Of a stretch of 64,000 bases of DNA, positions 50,531 to 62,595 are shown one piece after another. The DNA comes from Squalus acanthias (lineage: Eukaryota): positions 124,001 through 188,000 of the forward strand of contig JASTWF010000036.1 of NCBI GenBank assembly GCA_030390025.1, written 5' to 3'. The notes under the pieces are model-generated. The model did no database searches. It was not told where the DNA came from and was given only the letters and a program-made list of their open reading frames with translations. Numbering within the stretch: position 1 is the stretch's first letter; every line of letters starts with the position of its first letter. A program made the position numbers and the translations under genes.

Positions 50531-51099
50531 GTGAGTCGGGGTCCGGAGGGGCGGGCGGGAGTGGGCGCTGTGGAGAGGGCTGGGGGGTGGAGAGGGGGAA
50601 TGGGGAGGTTGTAGGGTGGGGATGGGGATCGGGGTGGGGAGGGGGAGGGAGGTTGTGGAGAGGGGGAATGGGGAGGTTGTAGGGCGGGGAGGGAGGTTGT
50701 GGAGAGGGGGAATGGGGAGGTTGTAGGGCAGGGATGGGGATCGGGGTGGGGAGGGGGAGGGAGGTTGTGGAGAGGGGGAATGGGGAGGTTGTGGGGCAGG
50801 GATGGGGATCGGGGTGGGGAGGGGGAGGGAGGTTGTGGAGAGGGGGAATGGGGAGGTTGTGGGGCAGGGATGGGGATCGGGGTGGGGAGGGGGAGGGAGG
50901 TTGTGGAGAGGGGGAATGGGGAGGTTGTAGGGCGGGGAGGGAGGTTGTGAAGAGGGGGAATGGGGAGCTTATGGGGCGGGGATGGGGTTCGGGGTGGGGA
51001 GGGGGGGAGGGGCAGGGTTGTGGGGAGGGGGTCCACGGGACCCCAGGCTCATTGCGTTCTGTCGTCGGGAGTCTAACCCGTTTCCCGTTTCCCTCCCAG

Positions 51100-51250
51100 G
51101 TAAATATTGGAAGGCCGTCCACCGCTTCTCCCCCACCACTGGACAATCGCTGGTCGAGTCTCAGAGCCGTGACAAGGAGGAGAACGAGACTGTGAACGCT
51201 CTGGCGTCGCTGTCGGTGGGAGTCGCAGGAGGGGGCGTCGCAGATAAAGG
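51100..51250 (+). CDS. HDAC7: HDAC7 coding exon with C-terminal NES-like motif
   Basis: cccag|...GG|gtgagt; SKYWKAVHRF...DKEENETVNALASLSVG... Confidence 0.94.
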
Positions 51251-51662
51251 GTGAGTAGGACAGAGAGAGAGAGAGAGACAGAGAGAGACAGAGAGAGAGA
51301 GAGAGACAGAGAGAGAGAGAGAGACAGCGAGAGAGAGAGAGACAGAGAGAGAGAGACAGAGAGAGAGACAGACGGAGAGAGACAGACAGAGAGAGACAGA
51401 CAGAGAGAGACAGACAGAGAGAGAGAGACAGGGAGAGGGAGAGAGACAGCGAGAGAGAGAGAGAGACAGAGAGAGAGAGAGACAGAGAGAGAGACAGACG
51501 GAGAGAGACAGACAGAGAGAGACAGACAGAGAGAGACAGACAGAGAGAGAGAGACAGGGAGAGGGAGAGAGAGACAGACACAGAGAGAGTGAGAGAGTCA
51601 GAGAGAGAGAGACAGAGAGAGAGAGAGAGACAGTGAGAGACAGAGAGACAGAGAGAGACAGA

Positions 51663-51696
<34 letters not shown>

Positions 51697-51879
51697 CAGA
51701 CAGAGAGAGAGAGACGGACAGAGAGAGAGAGAGAGACAGACAGAGAGAGAGACAGAGACAGCGAGACAGAGAGACAGAGAGAGAGACAGAGAGACAGAGA
51801 GACAGAGAGAGAGAGACAGAGAGACAGAGAGAGAGACAGAGAGAGAGAGGGGAGAGAGAGGGAGACAGAGAGAGAGACA

Positions 51880-51927
<48 letters not shown>

Positions 51928-52049
51928 GAGAGACAGAGACAGAAGACGATGACAGAAGGACACTCGCACAGATGGAGAAATGGAGGGAGGGGGAGAGAAA
52001 GGGAGAGATGGAGAGCGGATAGGTGGACACAGGGGACGATGGAAGGAGG

Positions 52050-53132
52050 AAACATAGAAACATAGAAGATAGGAGCTGGAGTAGGCCATTCGGCCCCTCG
52101 AGCCTGCTCCACCATTCAATGCGATCATGGCTGATCATCCAAACTCAGAACCCTGTCCCTGCTTTCTCCCCATATCCCTTGATCCCTTTAGCTTTAAGAA
52201 ATATATCCAACTCCTTCTTGAATATATTTAATGAATTGGCCTCAACTGCTTTCTGCAGTAGAGAATTCCACAGGTTCACCACTCTCTGGGTGAAGAAATT
52301 CCTCCTCATCTCAGTCCTAAATGGCTTACCCCTTATCCTTAGACTGTGACCCCTGGTTCTGGACTCTCCGACCATCGGGAACATCCTTCCTGCATCTCGT
52401 CTGTCTAGTCCTGTTAGAATTTTATAAGTTTCAATGTGAATAGAGGTATAGAGTACAAAAGTGTGGAAATTATGATGAACCTGTATAAAACACTGGTTCG
52501 GCCCCAACTAGAGCACTTTAGGAAGGATGTGAAGGCCTTAGAGAGGGTGCAGAAAAGACTTACGAGAATGATTCCAGGAATGAGGGACTTCAGTTACGTT
52601 GATAGACTGGAGAAGCTGGGGTTGTTCTCCTTGGAGCAGAGAAGCTTGAGAAGAGATTTGATAGAGCCGTTCAAATCATGAGGGGTCTGGACAGAGTAGA
52701 TAGAGGGAAACTGTTCCCATTGGCAGAAGGGTCGAGAACCAGAGGACACAGATTTAAGGTGATTGGCAAAAGAACCAAAAGCGATGTAAGAAAAAACTTT
52801 TTCCTCAGCGAAAGGTTAGGATCTGGAATGCACGGCCTGAGAGGGTGGTGGAGGCAGACTCAATCACGGCTTTCAAAAGGGAGTTGGATAAGTATCTGAA
52901 GGAAAGAAATTTGCAGGGCTACGGGGAAAGGGCGGGGTGGGGGGGGAGTGGGACTAGCTGACGTGCTCTTGCAGAGAGCCGGCTCGGGCTCGACGGGCCG
53001 ATTGGCCTTCTTCCGTGCTGCAACCATTCTATGATTCTATGATTCCATTCTATGAGATCCCCTCTCATTCTTCTAAACTCCAGCGAATACAAGCCCAATC
53101 GACCCAATCGCTCCTCGTACGTCATTCCTGCC
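52050..53132. mobile_element. Minus-strand CR1 split by a plus-strand CR1 (about 52437-53050)
   Basis: gtttcaatg | insert with (ATTCTATG)n tail | atgagatcccctc. Confidence 0.85.
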
Positions 53133-53382
53133 AAGGGAGGTAGACAGGGATGAGCAACGTAATTATATGTTATAAGATTGGGAGCCGGGGAATGGGTCGG
53201 TGGAGGACTCAGCTATTGGGTGCCGGCGCGCCCCAGCGCTAGATTGTTACGATTCACGCCCGGCATGTCGGCGCGAGGCGGACTGAGTTCCGCCCCGGTG
53301 TCACCGCTGAGCGACGATCGCGATCTGGACATGTCTGGCGGGCGAGTGACCTCTGTTTGCCTTTCTCCCCCTTTCCCCGCAG

Positions 53383-53422
53383 TCCCAACGAGGAGCCGAT
53401 GGAGGACGAGGCGTCTGCTTAG
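53383..53422 (+). CDS. HDAC7: HDAC7 terminal coding exon
   Basis: polypyrimidine tract + cgcag; phase 2 completes GPNEEPMEDEASA-TAG (class IIa EEPM C-terminus). Confidence 0.9.
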
Positions 53423-54596
53423 CCGGTGGCTTTCCCCTCGCGAGCCCGGCGTAGATGGCGGGCGGGCGTGCGGTCGAACGGAGGCTGGGCTTCAACCGCG
53501 AAGCTGAATGGGAGGGAAGCCCCCCCCCACCCCCCCGCCTCCCTCGCCCGACCCCTTCGCTCTGGGAACAAGTCTTCGCCTGCGCCCACACCCAAGTATT
53601 GAAATCGGAACCTGCTGACCAGACCGGCGCCCTGGGCGGTCTGAGTTTTATCGATCAGTATTGACAATCATTGTGTGGGGGAGGGAGGGGACGAGGAGGA
53701 GGAGGACCGGGGTGGGAATTCTCCCCATCCCGCCCTTTCCCCACCCACCTCTCCCCCCCTCCCCCTCCCCCTCAGCCTCCAAACCAAAAAAAAAACACAA
53801 GTCCAAGCGACAACTCAACACCAAGAGTAAGTGTTGAAAGCAGTGCCTTGGGCAAATCCTGTCGCCTATCGGACGAATCCGCACCCCAATCGGCGGGAGA
53901 ACGGCGTGGTGAAGAGCTGGAGATGGTCAAGGGCCATTATTCAGGGCCCCTTCCAGTCGCCACTTGAAGATTGAAGAGTTGCCGAGGCTGTTGTGGTTGG
54001 GCAGTCAAGGACTGTCATTAATACTCAGGATCACCCTACTCTACGTTAACCTGTGCCCAACTTCCAAAGACATTCCTTAACCATTGTTAATGTCTCCTTT
54101 TTTTAAAAAAAAAAGCAATATATATATATATATATATTATATGCACACGGACTCGATCGCCTAGCTCCTAATGGTGGAATATTGAGCGACAACATTCCTG
54201 TACACAATGACCTCAATCCTCCTCCCAGTCCAGCGAGCTCTGGGAATCTTTTTCGGGAGGGAGAGAGGGGGGGGGGGGGGGAATCGGATCAAAAGAATTG
54301 GAAAACTTCTCCCCGTCTCCCAGAGTTGGGTGGGTGGGTGGCGGGGTTTGTGTTGGTGGGGGGTAGGGAGGGGAGGGCGCGGGGCGGGGGGAGGGAAGTG
54401 CCTGGACGATAGGGTTTTGGGACCAAAATGGAACAGGCGAAGATGCAGGAATTCAGGACGGCGACTTTCCTTTGCGACTGTTGAGCGAAGCAAATGCCTT
54501 TGTCCCGTTCGACCAAACTAGAAGTGCCTTGGTGTTTTTTTTTTGTAATGGTCAGTCCGTTGAAGATGTCGATTGTAAATAAGAGGAAGGGAGGGT

Positions 54597-54628
<32 letters not shown>

Positions 54629-54823
54629 GGAGAGGGATTCCGGGCAACGGAGGAAAGACCCAATCGAATCGTTTCTCTTGAAGCCCTCGGACGAAGCACA
54701 GCCTCGCCGATGGTGACTGTGGCTGAATGGTCTACCAGGAGATGACATACGTTGTAAAGCATCAAAGAGATATTTATAATCGATTGTTTATGCCGTAACC
54801 ACAATATTAAAATATTTTGGACC

Positions 54824-54829
54824 AATAAA
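54824..54829 (+). terminator. Candidate HDAC7 polyadenylation signal (3'UTR about 53423-54850)
   Basis: AATAAA at the end of about 1.4 kb of non-repetitive sequence after the stop codon, just before repeats resume. Confidence 0.55.
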
Positions 54830-55012
54830 TCCGCAGGAGATGAATTTATTCGCCTACTTATTCCGTGGAACTGGGTTGGAGCTCCAGTTTCAATGTCAAT
54901 CCATCAAAGCCCAAATGCAAGCAAAGGCAAGAAGCATAAGGATTAATGACACAATAATTAGATGCTTAAATGGGGACTTCAACTCTCATGGGTTAATGTT
55001 CAATGAGCTGAA

Positions 55013-55693
55013 CAGGGCAAGTACAGCACGGGTTAGATACAGAGTAAAGCTCCCTCTACACTGTCCCATCAAACACTCCCAGGGCAGGTACAGCACGGGT
55101 TAGATACAGAGTAAAGCTCCCTCTACACTGGCCCATCAAACACTCCCAGGGCAGGTACAGCACGGGGTTAGATACAGAGTAAAGCTCCTTCTACACTGTC
55201 CCATCAAACACTCCCAGGGCAGGTACAGCACGGGTTATATACAGAGTAAAGCTCCCTCTACACTGTCCCCATCAAACACTCCCAGGGCAGGTACAGCATG
55301 GGAGTTAGATACAGAGTAAAGCTCACTCTACACTGTCCCATCAAACACACCCAGGGCAGGTACAGCACGGGGTTAGATACAGAGTAAAGCTCACTCTACA
55401 CTGTCTCATCAAACACTCCCAGGGCAGGTACAGCACGGGTTAGATACAGAGTAAAGCTCCCTCTACACTGTCCCCATCAAACACTCCCAGGGCAGGTAGA
55501 ACACGGGGTTAGATACAGTGTAAAGCTCCCTCTACACTGTCCCCATCAAACACTCCCAGGGCAGGTACAGCATGGGAGTTAGATACAGAGTAAAGCTACC
55601 TCTACACTGTCCCATCAAACACCCCCAGGGCAGGTACAACACGGGTTAGATACAGAGAAAAGCTTCCTCTACACTGTCCCATCAAACACTCCC
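55013..55693. repeat. 67-69 bp minisatellite, third array
   Basis: Same unit and orientation as 16349-18752. Confidence 0.93.
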
Positions 55694-55695
55694 AT

Positions 55696-57015
55696 AGTCA
55701 GAGTCAACATGGTTTTATGAAAGGGAAATCATGTTCAACAAATTTGCTAGAGTTCTTTGAGGATGTAACAAACAGGGTGGATAAAGGAGAACCAGTAGAT
55801 GTACTGTATTTGGATTTCCAGAAGGCATTCGATAAGGTGCCACATAAAAGGTTACTGCACAAGATAAGAGCTCACGGGAGTTGGGGGTAATATATTGGCA
55901 TGGATCGGGTAGTGGCTAACTAACAGAAAACAGAGAGTCGGGATGAATGGGTCATTTTCCGGTTGGCAACCAGTAACTAGTGGGGTGCCACAGGGATCAG
56001 TGCTGGGGCCTCAACTATTTACAATCTGTATTAATGGCTTGGATGAAGTGACCGAGTGTACTGTAGCCAAATTTGCTGATGATACAAAGATAGGTGGGAA
56101 AGCAAGTTGTGCGGAGGACACACAGAGTCTGCAAAGGGATAGAGATAGGTTCAGTGAGTGGGTTCAGTGAGTGGGCAAAGATTTGGCAGAGGGAGTATAA
56201 TGTGGGAAAATGTGAGGTTATCCACTTTGGCAGGAAGAATGAAAAAGCAAATTATTATTTAAATGGAGTGAGACTACAAAATGCTGCGGTACAGAGGGAT
56301 CTGGGGGTCCTAGTACATGAAACACAAAAAGTTAGCATGCAGGTACAGCAAGTAATTAGGAAGGCTAATGGAATGTTGGCCTTTATTGCAAGGGGGATAG
56401 AGTATAAAAGTAGGGAAGTTTTGATGCAACTTTACAGGGCGCTGGTGAGACCGCACCTGGAGTACTGCGTACAGTTGTGGTCTCCATATTTAAGGAGGGA
56501 TATACTTGATTGGAGGCAGTTCAGAGAAGGTTCACTAGGTTGATTCCGGAGATGAAGGGGTTGTTGTATGAGGAAAGGTTGAGCAGGTTGGGCCTATACT
56601 CATTGGAGTTTAGAAGAATGAGAGGTGATCTTATTGAAACATATAAGATTCTGAGGGGGATTGACAGGGTGGATGCTGAGAGAATGTTTCCCCTAGTTGG
56701 GGTATCTAAAACTAGGCGGCATAGCTTCAGAATAAGGGGTCGCCCGTTTAAGACGGAGATGAGGAGGAATTTCTTCTCTCTGAGGGTCGTGAATCTTTGG
56801 AATCCTCTACCCCGGAGAGCTGTGGAGGCGGAGTCATTGAATATATTCAAGGCGGAGATTGACAGACATTTGAACTACAAGGGAATCAAGGAGTATGGGG
56901 AGAGAGCGGGAAAGTGGTGTTGAGGCCAAGATTGGATCAGCCATGATCTTATTGAATGGCGGAGCAGGCTCGAGGAGCCGATTGGCCTACTCCGGCCCCT
57001 GTTTTTTTATGTTCA
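55696..57015 (+). mobile_element. CR1 LINE reverse transcriptase fragment, frameshifted
   Basis: LDFQKAFDKVPH, SGVPQGSVLGPQLF, KFADDTK motifs and 3'UTR. Confidence 0.93.
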
Positions 57016-57360
57016 CTTAACCCATCTATATCCCTTTGTAGCCTCATCAGGTCCTCTTCACAATTTAATTTCCTAAATGGCTTCTCTCTGTGCTGTGAAA
57101 TTCAACGAAAAGATCTCGACCAAAAGGAATTTATTGGTAAAAGTAGAGTTTTATTTGCAATAAAGTGATTACAACACAGACGATTAACACACACATCACA
57201 GGGGTACAGTCCGCACTGTTTTAGCATGTAAGCAATTGCAAACTGCACAATAAAGTTTATTCTGGCTCGCTCTCTCTCTCTCTGTAACAAACAGCCCGCA
57301 GATTTTGACACTCGCTCGCGTCCCAAGGCGCTTCACAGGAGCGTAAATCACAGACGTTCC

Positions 57361-59390
57361 ACACCGAGCCACATCAGGAGATATTGGGACAGGTGACACC
57401 GAGCCACATCAGGAGATATTGGGACAGGTGACACCGAGCCACATCAGGAGATATTGGGACACGTGACACCGAGCCACATCAGGAGATATTGGGACAGGTG
57501 ACACCGAGCCACATCAGGAGATATTGGGACAGGTGACACCGAGCCACATCAGGAGATATTGGGACAGGTGACACCGAGCCACATCAGGAGATATTGGGAC
57601 AGGTGACACCGAGCCACATCAGGAGATATTGGGACAGGTGACACCGAGCCACATCAGGAGATATTGGGACAGGTGACACCGAGCCACATCAGGAGATATT
57701 GGGACAGGTGACACCGAGCCACATCAGGAGATATTGGGACAGGTGACACCGAGCCACATCAGGAGATATTGGGACAGGTGACACCGAGCCACATCAGGAG
57801 ATATTGGGACAGGTGACACCGAGCCACATCAGGAGATATTGGGACAGGTGACACCGAGCCACATCAGGAGATATTGGGACAGGTGACACCGAGCCACATC
57901 AGGAGATATTGGGACACGTGACACCGAGCCACATCAGGAGATATTGGGACAGGTGACACCGAGCCACATCAGGAGATATTGGGACAGGTGACACCGAGCC
58001 ACATCAGGAGATATTGGGACAGGTGACACCGAGCCACATCAGGAGATATTGGGACAGGTGACACCGAGCCACATCAGGAGATATTGGGACAGGTGACACC
58101 GAGCCACATCAGGAGATATTGGGACAGGTGACACCGAGCCACATCAGGAGATATTGGGACAGGTGACACCGAGCCACATCAGGAGATATTGGGACAGGTG
58201 ACACCGAGCCACATCAGGAGATATTGGGACAGGTGACACCGAGCCACATCAGGAGATATTGGGACAGGTGACACCGAGCCACATCAGGAGATATTGGGAC
58301 AGGTGACACCGAGCCACATCAGGAGATATTGGGACAGGTGACACCGAGCCACATCAGGAGATATTGGGACAGGTGACACCGAGCCACATCAGGAGATATT
58401 GGGACAGGTGACACCGAGCCACATCAGGAGATATTGGGACAGGTGACACCGAGCCACATCAGGAGATATTGGGACAGGTGACACCGAGCCACATCAGGAG
58501 ATATTGGGACAGGTGACACCGAGCCACATCAGGAGATATTGGGACAGGTGACACCGAGCCACATCAGGAGATATTGGGACAGGTGACACCGAGCCACATC
58601 AGGAGATATTGGGACAGGTGACACCGAGCCACATCAGGAGATATTGGGACAGGTGACACCGAGCCACATCAGGAGATATTGGGACAGGTGACACCGAGCC
58701 ACATCAGGAGATATTGGGACAGGTGACACCGAGCCACATCAGGAGATATTGGGACAGGTGACACCGAGCCACATCAGGAGATATTGGGACAGGTGACACC
58801 GAGCCACATCAGGAGATATTGGGACAGGTGACACCGAGCCACATCAGGAGATATTGGGACAGGTGACACCGAGCCACATCAGGAGATATTGGGACAGGTG
58901 ACACCGAGCCACATCAGGAGATATTGGGACAGGTGACACCGAGCCACATCAGGAGATATTGGGACAGGTGACACCGAGCCACATCAGGAGATATTGGGAC
59001 AGGTGACACCGAGCCACATCAGGAGATATTGGGACAGGTGACACCGAGCCACATCAGGAGATATTGGGACAGGTGACACCGAGCCACATCAGGAGATATT
59101 GGGACAGGTGACACCGAGCCACATCAGGAGATATTGGGACAGGTGACACCGAGCCACATCAGGAGATATTGGGACAGGTGACACCGAGCCACATCAGGAG
59201 ATATTGGGACAGGTGACACCGAGCCACATCAGGAGATATTGGGACAGGTGACACCGAGCCACATCAGGAGATATTGGGACAGGTGACACCGAGCCACATC
59301 AGGAGATATTGGGACAGGTGACACCGAGCCACATGAGGAGATATTGGGACAGGTGACACCGAGCCACATCAGGAGATATTAGGACAGGTG
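57361..59390 (-). repeat. 35-bp minisatellite, 58 near-identical copies, from an L2-like 3'UTR
   Basis: acaccgagccacatcaggagatattgggacaggtg; continues directly into the LINE body (accaaaagcttggtcaaaga). Confidence 0.95.
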
Positions 59391-60695
59391 ACCAAAAGCT
59401 TGGTCAAAGAGGGAGGTTTTAAGGAGCGTCTTAAAGGAAGAGAGAGAGGCGGAGAGGTTTAGGGAGGGAATTCCAGAGCTTAGGGCCCAGGTGGCTGAAG
59501 GCACGGCCGCCAATGGTGGAGCGATGGAAATCGGGGAGGCGCGAGAGGCCGGATTTGGAGGAGCGCAGAGATCTCGGAGGGGGCTGGAGGAGGTTACAGA
59601 GATAGGGAGGGTTGTCGGGGGCTGGAGGATGTTACAGAGATAGGGAGGGTTGGAGGGGGCTGGAGGATGTTACAGAGATAGGGAGGGTTGGAGGGGGCTG
59701 GAGGAGGTTACAGAGATAGGGAGGGTTGGAGGGGGCTGGAGGAGGTTACAGAGATAGGGAGGGCTGTAGAGGGCTGGAGGAGGTTACAGAGATAGGGAGG
59801 GTTGTAGGGGGCTGGAGGAGGTTACAGAGATAGGGAGGGTTGTAAGGGGCTGGAGGAGATTACAGAGATAGGGAGGGTTGTAGGGGGCTGGAGGATGTTA
59901 CAGAGATAGGGAGGGTTGGAGGGGGCTGGAGGAGGTTACAGAGATAGGGAGGGCTGTAGAGGGCTGGAGGAGGTTACAGAGATAGGGAGGGTTGTAGGGG
60001 GCTGGAGGAGGTTACAGAGATAGGGAGGGTTGTAAGGGGCTGGAGGAGATTACAGAGATAGGGAGGGTTGTAGGGGGCTGGAGGATGTTACAGAGATAGG
60101 GAGGTTTGTAGGGGGCTGGAGGAGGTTACAGAGATAGGGAGGATTGTAGGGGGCTGGAAGAGGTTACAGAGATAGGGAGGGTTGTAGGGGGCAGGAGGAG
60201 GTTACAGAGATAGGGAGGGTTGTAGGGAGCTGGAGGAGGTTACAGAGATAGGGAGGGTTTTTTCGGGGGCTGGAGGAGGTTACAGAGATAGGGAGGGTTG
60301 TTGGGGGCTGGAGGAGGTTACAGAGATAGGGAGGGTTGTAGGGGCTGGAGGAGGTTACAGAGATAGGGAGGGTTGTAGGGGCTGGAGGAGGTTACAGAGA
60401 TACGGAGGGTTGTAGGGGGCTGGAGGAGGTTACAGAGATAGGGAGGGTTGTAGGAGGCTGGAGGAGGTTACAGAGATAGGGAGGGTTGTAGGGAGCTGGA
60501 GGAGGTTACAGAGATAGGGAGGGTTGTAGGGGCTGGAGGAGGTTACAGAGATAGGGAGGGAGGCGCGAGGAGGCCAGGGAGGGATTTGAACACAAGGATG
60601 AGAAGTTGTAAATTCGGAACGGGAGCCAATGGAGGTCAGCGAGCACAGGGGTGGGGCGATGGGAGAACGGGAGTCAGTGCGAGTTAGGACACGGC
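59391..60695 (-). mobile_element. L2-like LINE 3' region with 37-38 bp minisatellite (59580-60558)
   Basis: Homologous to 4896-6640. Confidence 0.72.
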
Positions 60696-60824
60696 AGGAA
60701 ATCGGAGAGTTGCGAACCACTAGTTAGAGAGAGAGAGAGAGAATAATCTTCTGTCAAGTATTATACCGGCCATTAAATATAACATCCAAATTCTCCATTT
60801 GTTCTATATATAGTACAACAGAGG

Positions 60825-61365
60825 CAGAAGGTACAAAAGCAAGGGAAGTACATTAAACCCTTTATAAATCAGCGGTTAGGCACCAGCTGGAGTATTGTGT
60901 CCAATTCTGGGCACCACACTTTAGGAAGGATATCAAGGGCCTTGGAGAGGGTGCGGAGATTGACCAGAATGGTACCAGGGGATGAGGGACTTCAGTTATG
61001 TGGAGAGACTGGAGAAGCTGGGGTTGTTCTCCTTAGAGCAGAGAAGGTTAAGGGGGAGATTTAATAGAGGCGTTCAGAATTACGAGGGGTTTTGATACGA
61101 GTGGAGAGGGAGAAAGTGTTTCCAGTGGCAGGAGGGTCGGTAACCAGAGGACACAGATTGAAGATAATCGGCAAAAGAACCAGAGGGGGAGATGAGGAGA
61201 ATTTGTTTTTCACGCAGCGAGTTGTGATCTGGAACGCGCTGCCTGAAAGGGCGGTGGGAGCAGATTCAATAGTAACTTTCAAAAGGAGAATTGGATAAAT
61301 ACTTGAAGGGGAAAAATTCACAGGGCTACGAGGGAAAGAGCAGGGGGGAGATTCTATGATTTTAT
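60825..61365 (+). mobile_element. Degenerate CR1 3' fragment
   Basis: ctggagtattgtgtccaattctgggcacc...; attctatg tail. Confidence 0.85.
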
Positions 61366-61935
61366 GGAAATGTGCCTCTTAAAATGAACAGGGCGAGAGG
61401 GAGGGGGAAAAAGAGATTATTAAATAACAACAAAAGAAGCACAGGAATCGTGGAAAATAAATAAATTAGCTGGTCCATGTGACAGAGGGGAGAGAGAGAG
61501 AGGGGGGAGAGAAAGAGAGAGAGGGAGAGAGACAGAGAGAGAGAGACAGGGGGAGGGGGAGACGGGGGGAGAGAGAGAGGGAGAGAGAGAGGGGGGGAGA
61601 GGGGGGGAGAGACAGACAGAATATTCCGGTATCTGTGCGAGTGAGTCACCGCGAAACCTCCTTTCCCCCCACCACGACCTGTGACCCTTGAACCGTGTTA
61701 ATAAAATGACTTAAAATCCGACGGGAGTCGGGGAACGGGAGCAGGAAGATCCCACGGGGGGGGAGAACGAGGCTCGTCCTGCGGCGGAGCTCTACAAAAA
61801 TACTTTGCAGAGGGGAGTTCTGTCTCTGTCTCTCTCTCTCCCTCGCTCGCTCGCCGCTCCTCCCCTCCCCTCCCGCGCGTCCAATCGTGTGAAGGCCGCA
61901 GCGCGCGTCACTCCATTCCTGCCCGCGCGGCGGGG

Positions 61936-62072
61936 TCAGAAGTCGCTGAGAATGCTGATGTCGGCGAACTCCTTGCGGTACCGGTGGGAGTAGAGCGAGA
62001 GGATGGAAGCCCACTTCAGGGTGATGAAGCTCCAAACACACGACAGGTAGTAGCTGGTCGGGTCGGTGATCT
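61936..62072 (-). CDS. SLC48A1: Heme transporter HRG1, last coding exon
   Basis: (tc)n cacag acceptor, phase 1; [48 protein letters not shown] matches the HRG1 C-terminus; convergent with HDAC7. Confidence 0.93.
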
Positions 62073-62093
62073 CTGTGAGAGAGAGATAGGGGG

Positions 62094-62127
<34 letters not shown>

Positions 62128-62327
62128 NNNNNNNNNNNNNNNNNNNNNNNNNNNNNNNNNNNNNNNNNNNNNNNNNNNNNNNNNNNNNNNNNNNNNNNNN
62201 NNNNNNNNNNNNNNNNNNNNNNNNNNNNNNNNNNNNNNNNNNNNNNNNNNNNNNNNNNNNNNNNNNNNNNNNNNNNNNNNNNNNNNNNNNNNNNNNNNNN
62301 NNNNNNNNNNNNNNNNNNNNNNNNNNN
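62128..62327. other. Assembly gap, 200 N
   Basis: Run of N. Confidence 1.
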
Positions 62328-62503
62328 TATGCAGACCAGAACTGTGCACAGTGCTCCAAGTGTGGTCTAACCAAGGTATATGGAGACCAGAACTGTGCAC
62401 AGTGCTCCAAGTGTGGTCTAACCAAGGTATACGGAGACCAGAACTGTGCACGGTGCTCCAAGTGTGGTCTAACCAAGGTATACGGAGACCAGAACTGTGC
62501 ACA
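62328..62503 (-). repeat. 51-bp CR1-derived minisatellite truncated by the gap
   Basis: Reverse complement of the 12591-12980 unit. Confidence 0.9.
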
Positions 62504-62595
62504 GTATCATCCAGCAATTCCCATGTTTCCAACTCCCAGCAGCTGTCCAAAGTTGCCTATCCCGAAACCCCCACAATCCAACTCTCTAAATCCAG

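Larger units (their letters stand above)
49755..51942. repeat. GA-rich tracts (49755-50382, 51258-51942) and a G-rich repeat (50565-51030) around two exons
   Basis: Visible low-complexity composition. Confidence 0.85.

Noticed and set aside
51097..51106. Recursive splice site CAG|GTAAAT
   Set aside because: The GT completes the conserved Ser codon of SKYW; explained by coding constraint.
57361..59390. CRISPR-like 35-bp periodicity
   Set aside because: No unique spacers, no cas genes, vertebrate context; the unit comes from a LINE 3'UTR.
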